Below, piece after piece: positions 55,976 through 64,000 of a DNA stretch of 64,000 nt. Made by a program: the position numbers and the translations under genes. The notes under the pieces are model-generated. The model was not told the origin of the DNA, ran no database searches, and saw only the letters and a list, made by a program, of their open reading frames with translations. The DNA is from Ilumatobacteraceae bacterium (GTDB lineage: Bacteria; Actinomycetota; Acidimicrobiia; Acidimicrobiales; Ilumatobacteraceae): the NCBI GenBank assembly GCA_009691255.1, contig SHUT01000001.1, positions 865 to 64,864 on the forward strand. Direction: 5' to 3'. Each line of letters opens with the position of its first letter. The first letter of the stretch is position 1.

Positions 55976-57372
55976 CAAGTTCATATTCGCATGCACCTGG
56001 CTTTATTGCGGGAGATCGACCCAAGATTGTGACATCGCGTTTTGAATACGCCGACTCTTACACGATCGAACGGTTTGTCGCTACTGGCGGATACGAGGGG
56101 CTACGCGCTGCACTTTCACGACCTGCACAAACAGTGCACGACGATGTCAAGAGCGCAACAGTGTTGGGCCGTGGTGGCGCAGGTTTTCCTGCCGGAATAA
56201 AGTGGGGATTAACGCCTCAGGGTGTTTGGCCGCGCTATCTAGTTGTCAATGGTGACGAAAGCGAACCAGGCACGTATAAAGACCGACTATTGATGGAACG
56301 AGATCCGCATCAATTAATTGAGGGCTGTTTGATTGCGTGTTATGCAGCAGGTCTGTCGCAGTGCTTCCTATATATACGCGGAGAAATGGCTGTTGCCCAA
56401 GAACGTGTTGCGGAGGCACTCAACGAAGCGTACGCCGCCGGGTATGTCGGTAAAAATATTCTCGGCTCAGATTTCTCTGTCGATATTGTGCTCCATTGGG
56501 GGGCAGGCGCCTATGTTGTCGGCGAAGAAACCGCGCTCATCGAAAGTCTCGAAGGCAATCGTGGAATGCCCCGTCTAAAGCCACCATTCTTTCCTGCTGC
56601 AAATGGTTTATATGGTCAGCCGACAATCGTCAACAACGTAGAGACACTGGCTAACTTGCCGTGGTTGATGACCAACGGCGTTGATGCGTATACATCAATT
56701 GGCACAAAGACATCTCCTGGCACTCGTATGGTTGCAGTGTCGGGCCACGTTGTGCGCCCTGGCGTGTACGAAATAGTCAACGGAACAACTACATTTCGTG
56801 ATCTTTTATACGGCGAAGAATTCTGCGGTGGTATTCGCAATAATAATGCGCTCAAGGCGTTTGTTCCTGGCGGTGGGTCTGCGCCGTGGTTTACGGCAGA
56901 TCAACTCGATCTGCCTTTTGAAGGAAGCCAAGTTGGAGCAGCGGGTTCGATGTTGGGTTCTGGCGCCATCATGGTGATGGACGAGACAACTGATATTCCT
57001 GCTGCCGCTTTGACGCTGACTCGGTTTTATGCACATGAGTCTTGCGGAAAATGCACGCCATGCCGTGAGGGCGGCACGTGGCTTGAGCGCATCTTGAGTC
57101 GTGTCGTTGACGGCAAAGGAACCGAGACAGACTTGGCTCAACTCATTGAAGTTGGTGAATCAATTTGCCCCGGAGACTTTCCGCATGCGTCCAACGAAGC
57201 ATTGGGGCTATCGGCAGTTCCTTTTCCTTACAAGATGACCACAATCTGTTTTGTCGGACCGTCAGCGTATGTTCCAGTGCATTCTGCGCTGACATTGTTT
57301 CGATCAGAGTTTGAAGCACGAATCATAAAAAGAACAATGATCAAAGTAACAGCCGTAGGTGTGTCGTCATGA
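55972..57372 (+). CDS. nuoF: NADH-quinone oxidoreductase subunit F
   Basis: GRGGAGFPAGIKW (FMN site), GDESEPGT and ESCGKCTPCREG (N3). ATGA overlap with nuoE. Confidence 0.95.
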   Translation: MTSSYSHAPGFIAGDRPKIVTSRFEYADSYTIERFVATGGYEGLRAALSRPAQTVHDDVKSATVLGRGGAGFPAGIKWGLTPQGVWPRYLVVNGDESEPGTYKDRLLMERDPHQLIEGCLIACYAAGLSQCFLYIRGEMAVAQERVAEALNEAYAAGYVGKNILGSDFSVDIVLHWGAGAYVVGEETALIESLEGNRGMPRLKPPFFPAANGLYGQPTIVNNVETLANLPWLMTNGVDAYTSIGTKTSPGTRMVAVSGHVVRPGVYEIVNGTTTFRDLLYGEEFCGGIRNNNALKAFVPGGGSAPWFTADQLDLPFEGSQVGAAGSMLGSGAIMVMDETTDIPAAALTLTRFYAHESCGKCTPCREGGTWLERILSRVVDGKGTETDLAQLIEVGESICPGDFPHASNEALGLSAVPFPYKMTTICFVGPSAYVPVHSALTLFRSEFEARIIKRTMIKVTAVGVSS

Positions 57373-59732
57373 GTACAACCGAATCACATAACGAAACTGA
57401 TGCCGTGATAGACCCGAACGCTATATCAATGACAATCAACGGCAAGGTTGTTGCAGCACGCAAAGGCGAATGGATCATTGCTGCTGCTGACCGCACGGAA
57501 GACTTCATTCCGCGGTTTTGCTATCACCCTCGCATGGAGTCTGTGGGTATGTGTCGTCAATGTCTCGTTGAGGTTGAAGGACCCCACGGACCAATGATGG
57601 TGGTGAGTTGCATGACTCCAGTGGCCGAGGGGCAAGTAGTGCGCACCGATACTGACATCGTGAAGCGTATCCAGGAAGGAATGATTGAGTTGTTGTTGGC
57701 AAATCACCCACTCGATTGTCCTGTGTGCGACAAGGGTGGGGAGTGCCCATTGCAAGACCAGGCATTTAGTCATGGTCCAGGCGAAAGCCGATACGTTGAA
57801 GAAAAGCGCCACTACGAAAAACCAATCCCCATCAGCGGTTTGGTTCTCCTTGACCGCGAGAGGTGCATTTTGTGTGATCAATGCACGCGCTTTGCAGACG
57901 AGGTTGCCGGAGACCCTCTCATCACGTTTACGCATCGTGGCAACAACACCCAAGTCATGACATTTCCGGATGAACCATTTGCCTCATACTTTTCCGGAAA
58001 CACTGTGCAGATCTGCCCCGTCGGTGCACTAACTGCAGAACCGTATCGATTCAAGGCGCGTCCATGGGATCTGCAACAACAAGAGAGCACTTGCACAACG
58101 TGCTCAGTCGGATGTCGCACCGTTGTTCAATCAAGCTACGACGAAATATTGCGCTATCAAGGAGTTGATAGTGATCCAGTGAACTGGGGATGGTTGTGCG
58201 ACCGAGGTCGGTTTAACTTCCAATCCACAAACTCTCCAAATCGTCTAGCGACGCCACTCGTAAAAACTGATGCCGGTCTTGTCCCCGAATCATGGACAGT
58301 TGCTCTTGACGAAACAGTGCGAGTATTGCGCCATGCTCGACCTGGTTCAATCGCCATACTTGGTGGTGCCCGTGGCACCAACGAAGACGCTTGGGCATGG
58401 GCTCAACTTGCAGATCTTCTTGGTATAGAAATGCGCGATGCCCAGCTAGACGATGGACTCCCTGCTGAGATTTTTGGATACCCCAATGCCACCATTGACG
58501 ACGCATGCAGTGCTGCGACAGTTATTTTGCTTGCGCCTGACCTAAAAGAAGAACTTCCTGTTTTGTATCTTCGGCTCCGAGGAGCAGCAGAAAAGAAAAA
58601 AATTCGGATCATCGAAATTGCAACGCATGATTCTGGTCTCACTCGCTATGCATGGAAATCAGTAATGCACGAGCCAGGTCAACAGGCAGAAGCAGTGCAA
58701 CATGTTTTGAGCACTCCAGAGATGCAAGAGCAACTTAGTCGCGGCGCGGTAGTGGTAGTGGCCGGACGATCAAACTTGGCCGAGGCTGCTCACAACACGA
58801 TGGCTGCAGTTGACGCCATCGTCACAACTGTTGCTCAGGTCAGCGTGTTACCTGTGTTGCGTCGCGGAAACGTGCGTGGCGCATTATCTCTAGGTCTTGC
58901 TCCACGCATGTCAACTGATGCCGCAGCAATTCTTGAGGCATCTGCAAATGGCAAAGTTGACTGTCTTATCTTGCTCGGGGCAGATCCCCTTAGCGACGTC
59001 CCAGACGCAGATCTTGCTCGTCGTGGTATTGCTGGTGCTCGCTACATCATTGCCATTGATACGTTCTTGAATAAATCATCTGTGCATGCAGACATCGTGT
59101 TGCCAGCTGCGGCATACGGAGAAAAAGATGGCACTACCACCAACCTCGAAGGTCGTGTTACAAACGTGGTGCAGAGCATTACGCCACACGCCACATCGCG
59201 GCCTGATTGGATGATCGCGATCGAACTTGCTGCTCTTTTAGGTAATGACTTGGGTATTTTGACACTTCAAGACATCCAGACGCGCATAACCGAAACTGTC
59301 GTTGGGTTTGATGGGCTTAGCGTGAGCGTTGCCGTTCGAAAAAATGGTGTCCTAATCAGCACGCCACCTATTTCTCCGCTGCAAGTCCATCAGGACGAAA
59401 TCATAAAACGCAATGCGTATGAGTTCCGCCTTGTTGTTGCCCGAAAGTTGTACGACCAAGCAGTTGCAACCGCAATGAGTCAATCTTTGGCCGCACTTGC
59501 GCCAGGAGCAGGGGTGTTTGTGCATCCACTCGATCTCGAGCGCGTCGGGGCCAAGGACGGTTCTTCGGTGCGCGTTAGCAATAATGCGGTATCTGTCATA
59601 TTGCCGGCTCATGCATCAACGGCAGTGATGCGCGGAACCGCGTTCGTTCCGTTTAATCAACAAGGTGTCGATATTCGAGAGTTACTGCAGACGACCAACG
59701 GAGTCACCGATGTACAGATTGCGAACATCTAA
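57369..59732 (+). CDS. nuoG: NADH-quinone oxidoreductase subunit G
   Basis: 787 aa. CYHPRMESVGMCRQCLVEV, HPLDCPVCDKGGECPLQD and CILCDQCTRF Fe-S motifs, then a molybdopterin-like domain. Confidence 0.95.
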   Translation: MSTTESHNETDAVIDPNAISMTINGKVVAARKGEWIIAAADRTEDFIPRFCYHPRMESVGMCRQCLVEVEGPHGPMMVVSCMTPVAEGQVVRTDTDIVKRIQEGMIELLLANHPLDCPVCDKGGECPLQDQAFSHGPGESRYVEEKRHYEKPIPISGLVLLDRERCILCDQCTRFADEVAGDPLITFTHRGNNTQVMTFPDEPFASYFSGNTVQICPVGALTAEPYRFKARPWDLQQQESTCTTCSVGCRTVVQSSYDEILRYQGVDSDPVNWGWLCDRGRFNFQSTNSPNRLATPLVKTDAGLVPESWTVALDETVRVLRHARPGSIAILGGARGTNEDAWAWAQLADLLGIEMRDAQLDDGLPAEIFGYPNATIDDACSAATVILLAPDLKEELPVLYLRLRGAAEKKKIRIIEIATHDSGLTRYAWKSVMHEPGQQAEAVQHVLSTPEMQEQLSRGAVVVVAGRSNLAEAAHNTMAAVDAIVTTVAQVSVLPVLRRGNVRGALSLGLAPRMSTDAAAILEASANGKVDCLILLGADPLSDVPDADLARRGIAGARYIIAIDTFLNKSSVHADIVLPAAAYGEKDGTTTNLEGRVTNVVQSITPHATSRPDWMIAIELAALLGNDLGILTLQDIQTRITETVVGFDGLSVSVAVRKNGVLISTPPISPLQVHQDEIIKRNAYEFRLVVARKLYDQAVATAMSQSLAALAPGAGVFVHPLDLERVGAKDGSSVRVSNNAVSVILPAHASTAVMRGTAFVPFNQQGVDIRELLQTTNGVTDVQIANI

Positions 59733-60958
59733 TGATGCAGAACTTAGCGATTGATCCACTGTTGACCGGAGAAGTGTTGTGGACACCGCTCTTGATTGTA
59801 TTGCTCAAAGTTGTTGTGGTATTTGTTGTTGGGTTACTAGCAACGATGCTCATGGTGTGGTTTGAGCGCAAAGTTATTGCTGGCATGCAAAACCGAATAG
59901 GGCCAAATAAGGCAGGACCATTCGGAATATTGCAGACATTGGCGGACGGAATCAAACTCTTCTTCAAAGAAGACCTGATTCCAGAACGTTCTGACCGATT
60001 TGTTTTCAAACTTGCACCCTATTTAGCTTTTGTTCCGGCATTCTTAACGTTTGCGATTATTCCACTCGGCGGAGATTTTCGTGGCGATAAAGATGGTCTC
60101 GTAACATGGTTTGGGCATCAGACACGTGTGCAACTCGCAGATCCGCCCATCGGTATCTTGTTCGCATTAGCGATCTCGTCGATTGCGATTTATGGCATTA
60201 TGTTGGCGGGTTGGTCTAGTGGCTCAAAGTATCCGTTGCTTGGTTCTGTTCGTGCATCTGCACAGATGGTGAGTTACGAAGCAGCACTTGGATTATCAGT
60301 GGCCGCGGTGGTGCTGGTGACTGGAACATTGTCGACAAGCGGAATCGTCGCCAAGCAGAGCACGCTTGGCAACTGGAACGTAATTGTTACCGGAATTGTG
60401 CCGTTCTTTATTTTCATGGTTGCCGCGACAGCAGAACTCAACAGACCACCGTTTGACTTAGTAGAAGCCGAACAAGAACTCGTCGGTGGTTTCAATACCG
60501 AGTATGCCTCATTCCGCTTCGCTCTCTTCTATCTGGCTGAGTTCATGAATACAGTCACTATGTCGGCTCTGATTGTGACGCTCTTCTTCGGAGGACCTCA
60601 ACCGATTTCGGTTGGGTCGACGACAATCGACATCCCGCTCGTTGGCAATGCGCTTGAAGGAACCATTTGGTTGTTGCTCAAGGTGTTGGTTTTCCTTTAC
60701 ATATATGTCTGGTTTCGAGCCACATTGCCGCGCTTTCGTTATGACCAACTTATGAATCTTGGCTGGAAAGTTTTGATACCTGCCTCTCTTGGATGGTTTA
60801 TTTTGTTGGCAGCACAACGCGTTGGGCAAAGTGCCGGGTGGGATCGCTATGTAGTCACTATCTCTACTGCGTTGGTTCTCTTAGTTAGTTACAGCCTGCT
60901 GGTTTTGGCACAGCGCACGAGTACGAACGAACGCAAACGTGATGGAGTGATGTTCTGA
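59732..60958 (+). CDS. nuoH: NADH-quinone oxidoreductase subunit H
   Basis: [15 protein letters not shown], and [24 protein letters not shown] followed a few residues later by FALFYLAEF. Confidence 0.95.
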   Translation: MMQNLAIDPLLTGEVLWTPLLIVLLKVVVVFVVGLLATMLMVWFERKVIAGMQNRIGPNKAGPFGILQTLADGIKLFFKEDLIPERSDRFVFKLAPYLAFVPAFLTFAIIPLGGDFRGDKDGLVTWFGHQTRVQLADPPIGILFALAISSIAIYGIMLAGWSSGSKYPLLGSVRASAQMVSYEAALGLSVAAVVLVTGTLSTSGIVAKQSTLGNWNVIVTGIVPFFIFMVAATAELNRPPFDLVEAEQELVGGFNTEYASFRFALFYLAEFMNTVTMSALIVTLFFGGPQPISVGSTTIDIPLVGNALEGTIWLLLKVLVFLYIYVWFRATLPRFRYDQLMNLGWKVLIPASLGWFILLAAQRVGQSAGWDRYVVTISTALVLLVSYSLLVLAQRTSTNERKRDGVMF

Positions 60959-61641
60959 TGGGTTATTTTGGCGGATTCTTAGTCACACTGCGTCAACACG
61001 GGCGTCGCAATCGGGTAACAACTGAGTACTCGGGTGGCCGTGTTTTTCGGCGCAAGGACTCCGCTAAAAAAGATGAAAAAATCGCTAAGCCAGAGCGTTT
61101 GCATGGTCGTCACGTTCTTAACCGATACGAAGATGGCATGGAAAAATGCATTGGCTGCGAACTCTGTGCTGGCGTGTGCCCTGCAAGATGCATCTATGTT
61201 CGCGGTGCCGATAATGACATCGCTAACCCCACATCACCTGGCGAACGATTTGGTTTTGTCTACGAGATCAATTACTTGCGTTGTATCCACTGCGATCTAT
61301 GCGTCGAAGCGTGCCCAACCGAGGCCATCACCGAGACAAAACTGTTTGAGTTTTCTTTCACGAATCGTCGCGATGCCATCTACACCAAAGACGAATTATT
61401 GGTCGACGATAAGGGTTCACCACAACACTTGCCATGGGAAGACTGGCGTGATGGCGAAGATCTCGATACATCTGGCTGGATGCGTGCAACAGCACCGTCA
61501 GGCAGTGCAGATTTTGAAGGCCTCGTAGCCTGGAGCGGTGAGTTGGGCTATGGAGTCAGAGCTCCCGAACCCCGACAATCAGTTGTCGATGACGATCTTG
61601 ACGATCTTGACGAAGATGCAGCAACGGGGGACGCGCACTAA
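60958..61641 (+). CDS. nuoI: NADH-quinone oxidoreductase subunit I
   Basis: [12 protein letters not shown] and [12 protein letters not shown]. Acidic C-terminal extension. Confidence 0.9.
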   Translation: MGYFGGFLVTLRQHGRRNRVTTEYSGGRVFRRKDSAKKDEKIAKPERLHGRHVLNRYEDGMEKCIGCELCAGVCPARCIYVRGADNDIANPTSPGERFGFVYEINYLRCIHCDLCVEACPTEAITETKLFEFSFTNRRDAIYTKDELLVDDKGSPQHLPWEDWRDGEDLDTSGWMRATAPSGSADFEGLVAWSGELGYGVRAPEPRQSVVDDDLDDLDEDAATGDAH

Positions 61642-62187
61642 ATGGAACTTTTTGTTTTCGTCTGTGCGGCGGCGATGGTGCTCGTGGGGGCTATCGGGGT
61701 TATCACGCGCAACAACCCTGTGCATGCTGCATTAAGTTTGGTTCTTACACTGTTTGGGGTTGCTGTTTTGTTCGTGGCAAACAACGCACACTTTCTGGCT
61801 GCAGTGCAAGTAATCGTTTATGGCGGCGCAATCGTGGTGTTGTTCTTGTTCGTCATCATGTTATTGGGTGTTGACCAGGCAGAGGATTTGTCAACAGAGC
61901 CGTTGACAGTGCAGCGACCACTTGCGCTTGTAGTTGGTGTCGGCGTTGCAGGCGTGATTATCGCCGCAGTCGTCAAATCTCAAGATGCACTGTTCGCTCG
62001 CGGAGCAGGTATTAATTCGGCGACAGTTCAAGACGCTGACGCCAACATTCGACAATTGTCTCGCTCTATCTTTAGCGACTATGTCTTTGCTTTTGAAGTG
62101 ACATCTGTTCTTTTGCTCATTGCTGTTGTCGGCACGGTTGTTATGTCAAGACGCCAACACGGTCACCAGGTGGAGGAGTCGGCATGA
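61642..62187 (+). CDS. nuoJ: NADH-quinone oxidoreductase subunit J
   Basis: 181 aa with 5 TM helices and the motif [20 protein letters not shown]. The position fits. Confidence 0.85.
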   Translation: MELFVFVCAAAMVLVGAIGVITRNNPVHAALSLVLTLFGVAVLFVANNAHFLAAVQVIVYGGAIVVLFLFVIMLLGVDQAEDLSTEPLTVQRPLALVVGVGVAGVIIAAVVKSQDALFARGAGINSATVQDADANIRQLSRSIFSDYVFAFEVTSVLLLIAVVGTVVMSRRQHGHQVEESA

Positions 62188-62504
62188 ACATGGCAGTAAT
62201 CGAGCCCACGACTAGTTGGTATCTGATCTTGGCGGCGGTTCTGTTTGGGATCGGAACAGTCGGAGTCATGGTTCGACGAAATCCGTTGGTGATGTTTATG
62301 TGCATTGAACTGATGCTCAACGCCGTGAACCTATCTTTTGTTGCCTTGTCATCATCACTGTCAGACATCAATGGGCAAACTGCGGTTTTCTTTGTGCTTG
62401 TCGTCGCTGCAGCCGAAGTTGTGGTGGGGCTCGGAATAATCGTGTCAATCATGCGCCGACGCAGCGACGCTACGGCCGATGATCTTTCGGTACTGAAGGG
62501 ATAA
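62184..62504 (+). CDS. nuoK: NADH-quinone oxidoreductase subunit K
   Basis: 106 aa with 3 TM helices, [11 protein letters not shown] and [11 protein letters not shown]. Confidence 0.9.
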   Translation: MNMAVIEPTTSWYLILAAVLFGIGTVGVMVRRNPLVMFMCIELMLNAVNLSFVALSSSLSDINGQTAVFFVLVVAAAEVVVGLGIIVSIMRRRSDATADDLSVLKG

Positions 62505-62509
62505 CCCAG

Positions 62510-64000
62510 ATGCTCGACAATGCATGGCTTATTCCGGCACTCCCACTAGCGGGATTCATCATCATCTTATTGTTCGGTCGCCGACTTGGCGAACCAAAGG
62601 CAGGAGTATTGGCCACCTTGATGACGGCAGGCTCTTTTGCAGTCGCTATCGGTGTCTTTTTCGCAATGCTTTCACGCGCACATGAAGACCGCCATCACGT
62701 AATAACACTATTTTCGTGGCTGCCGGTTGGCTCACTACACGTAGACATGGCGCTTTTGGTTGATCCCCTAAGTATCACGATGGCACTATTCATCACGGGT
62801 ATTGGTGCGCTGATTCATCTATATGCAATCGGATATATGCACGGAGACCCTAAGTTCTCAAAGTTCTTTTTGTATCTCAATCTCTTTATTTTTTCGATGT
62901 TGATGTTGGTGCTCGGGGAAAACCTATTGGTCACTTTCTTGGGATGGGAAGGCGTCGGTGCATGTTCGTATTTCCTGATTTCTTTCTGGCACACACAAGA
63001 TTCGGCAGCAACTGCAGGCAAGAAGGCTTTCGTCACGAACAGGGTCGGCGACTGGGGCGTGATGGTTGCAATGTTGATGGCTTTTTCAGCTGTCGGAACA
63101 TTGTCGTACTCGGGTATTAATGAAGCAGCCGAGTCTGGTCATCTTGCAACCGTCACTGCGACGGGTATTGCGCTAATGCTCTTTGTCGGAGCATGCGGAA
63201 AAAGTGCACAACTCCCCCTCTATTTATGGCTGCCCGATGCCATGGAAGGACCGACTCCCGTGTCGGCACTGATCCATGCCGCAACGATGGTTACCTCTGG
63301 CGTGTTCTTGATGACACGAATTAATCCTGTTCTACACGTGTCGTATCACTGGGCCATGACAATCATTGCGGTCGTCGGAGCCGCAACGGCATTGTTCGCC
63401 GCAACAGTGGCAGTTGCCCAAACAGATATCAAGAAAGTGCTGGCCTATAGCACGGTGTCGCAACTTGGATTCATGTTCTTAGCAGTCGGATCAGGTGCGT
63501 ATGTCGCAGCAATTTTTCACATGGTGACGCATGCCTTCTTTAAGGCTCTGTTGTTCTTGGGTTCTGGTGCGGTCATCCATGGGATGCATCACCAACAAGA
63601 CATGCGTCGAATGGGTGCGCTACGCAAGGTGATGCCCATTACGGCGATGACGTTTATCGTCGGCTGGTTGGCAATTGCCGGAGTTCCACCATTTGCTGGC
63701 TTTTGGTCCAAAGACGAAATCTTGTTGTATGTCTATGCCAATAATCGTGGGCTCTATTTGGTTGGTGTGATTACCGCGTTGTTGACTGCGTATTACATGA
63801 CGCGACAAGTGATCATGGTGTTTTACGGAGAAGCACGTTGGCATGACCATAGCCAAGAACATGGCGCCCACGGAGACTCAACACCACACGAAAGTCCGTG
63901 GATCATGTTGGCGCCACTTGTGGTGCTCGCTGGATTGGCAATTGCTGGTGGATTACTGCAACTTCCGTTTTCTTCGAAGACACATTTCTTGGAGCATTGG
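62510..64000 (+). CDS. nuoL: NADH-quinone oxidoreductase subunit L (3'-truncated by the window end)
   Basis: Not in the ORF track because there is no stop. My translation from ATG 62510 gives MLDNAWLIPALPLAGF...GWEGVGACSYFLISFWH...PLYLWLPDAMEGPTPVSALIHAATMVTSGVFL. The frame is open to base 64000. Confidence 0.9.
   Translation, partial: MLDNAWLIPALPLAGFIIILLFGRRLGEPKAGVLATLMTAGSFAVAIGVFFAMLSRAHEDRHHVITLFSWLPVGSLHVDMALLVDPLSITMALFITGIGALIHLYAIGYMHGDPKFSKFFLYLNLFIFSMLMLVLGENLLVTFLGWEGVGACSYFLISFWHTQDSAATAGKKAFVTNRVGDWGVMVAMLMAFSAVGTLSYSGINEAAESGHLATVTATGIALMLFVGACGKSAQLPLYLWLPDAMEGPTPVSALIHAATMVTSGVFLMTRINPVLHVSYHWAMTIIAVVGAATALFAATVAVAQTDIKKVLAYSTVSQLGFMFLAVGSGAYVAAIFHMVTHAFFKALLFLGSGAVIHGMHHQQDMRRMGALRKVMPITAMTFIVGWLAIAGVPPFAGFWSKDEILLYVYANNRGLYLVGVITALLTAYYMTRQVIMVFYGEARWHDHSQEHGAHGDSTPHESPWIMLAPLVVLAGLAIAGGLLQLPFSSKTHFLEHW

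Overview
This is a densely coding chromosomal core segment with about 70 protein genes on both strands. I found no rRNA, tRNA, CRISPR array, transposase, integrase or phage genes. The gene content points to Actinomycetota (inference only): mycothiol glycosyltransferase MshA with a YbjN-like neighbour, Rex followed by hemA-hemC-hemD, GlnR, ask/asd, an ArsA-like ATPase pair, and nuoA-L.

Gene blocks in order:
- ABC exporter, xseAB and a polyprenyl synthase.
- Two alpha/beta hydrolases, a LysM protein and a cupin-type hydroxylase-like gene.
- B12-dependent acyl-CoA mutase, aat and hbd.
- PTP, membrane cyclophilin, ask, a methyltransferase and asd.
- Receiver protein, a decayed ArsA pair, NfeD, FxsA and a NUDIX hydrolase.
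- Fe-S carrier genes (Mrp, IscA-like).
- A RidA / decarboxylase / amidohydrolase operon.
- A nitrogen block: glnII, glnA, glnR and nadE.
- MFS transporter, histidine phosphatase, a MoaD-like gene and an RsiG-like gene.
- mshA, a YbjN-like gene, proC and a DUF62 SAM hydrolase.
- rex-hemACD and hemBL.
- A MenJ-like reductase.
- An unusual Rieske/cytochrome b6-type module that runs straight into nuoA-L. nuoL is cut by the window end.

Most noteworthy observations:
1. The respiratory module has a split b6/subunit-IV cytochrome b, a dedicated 2x[4Fe-4S] protein, extra membrane proteins, and a shared N-terminal EIPEHLLKR motif on two different subunits.
2. A small coiled-coil protein carries the RsiG-type c-di-GMP motif ExxxSxxRxxxQxxxD.
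3. The ArsA/Get3-like ATPase pair is disrupted by an in-frame TAA and by an apparent internal deletion.

All calls rest on motif recognition in the supplied translations and on my own reading of the DNA. No database search was run.
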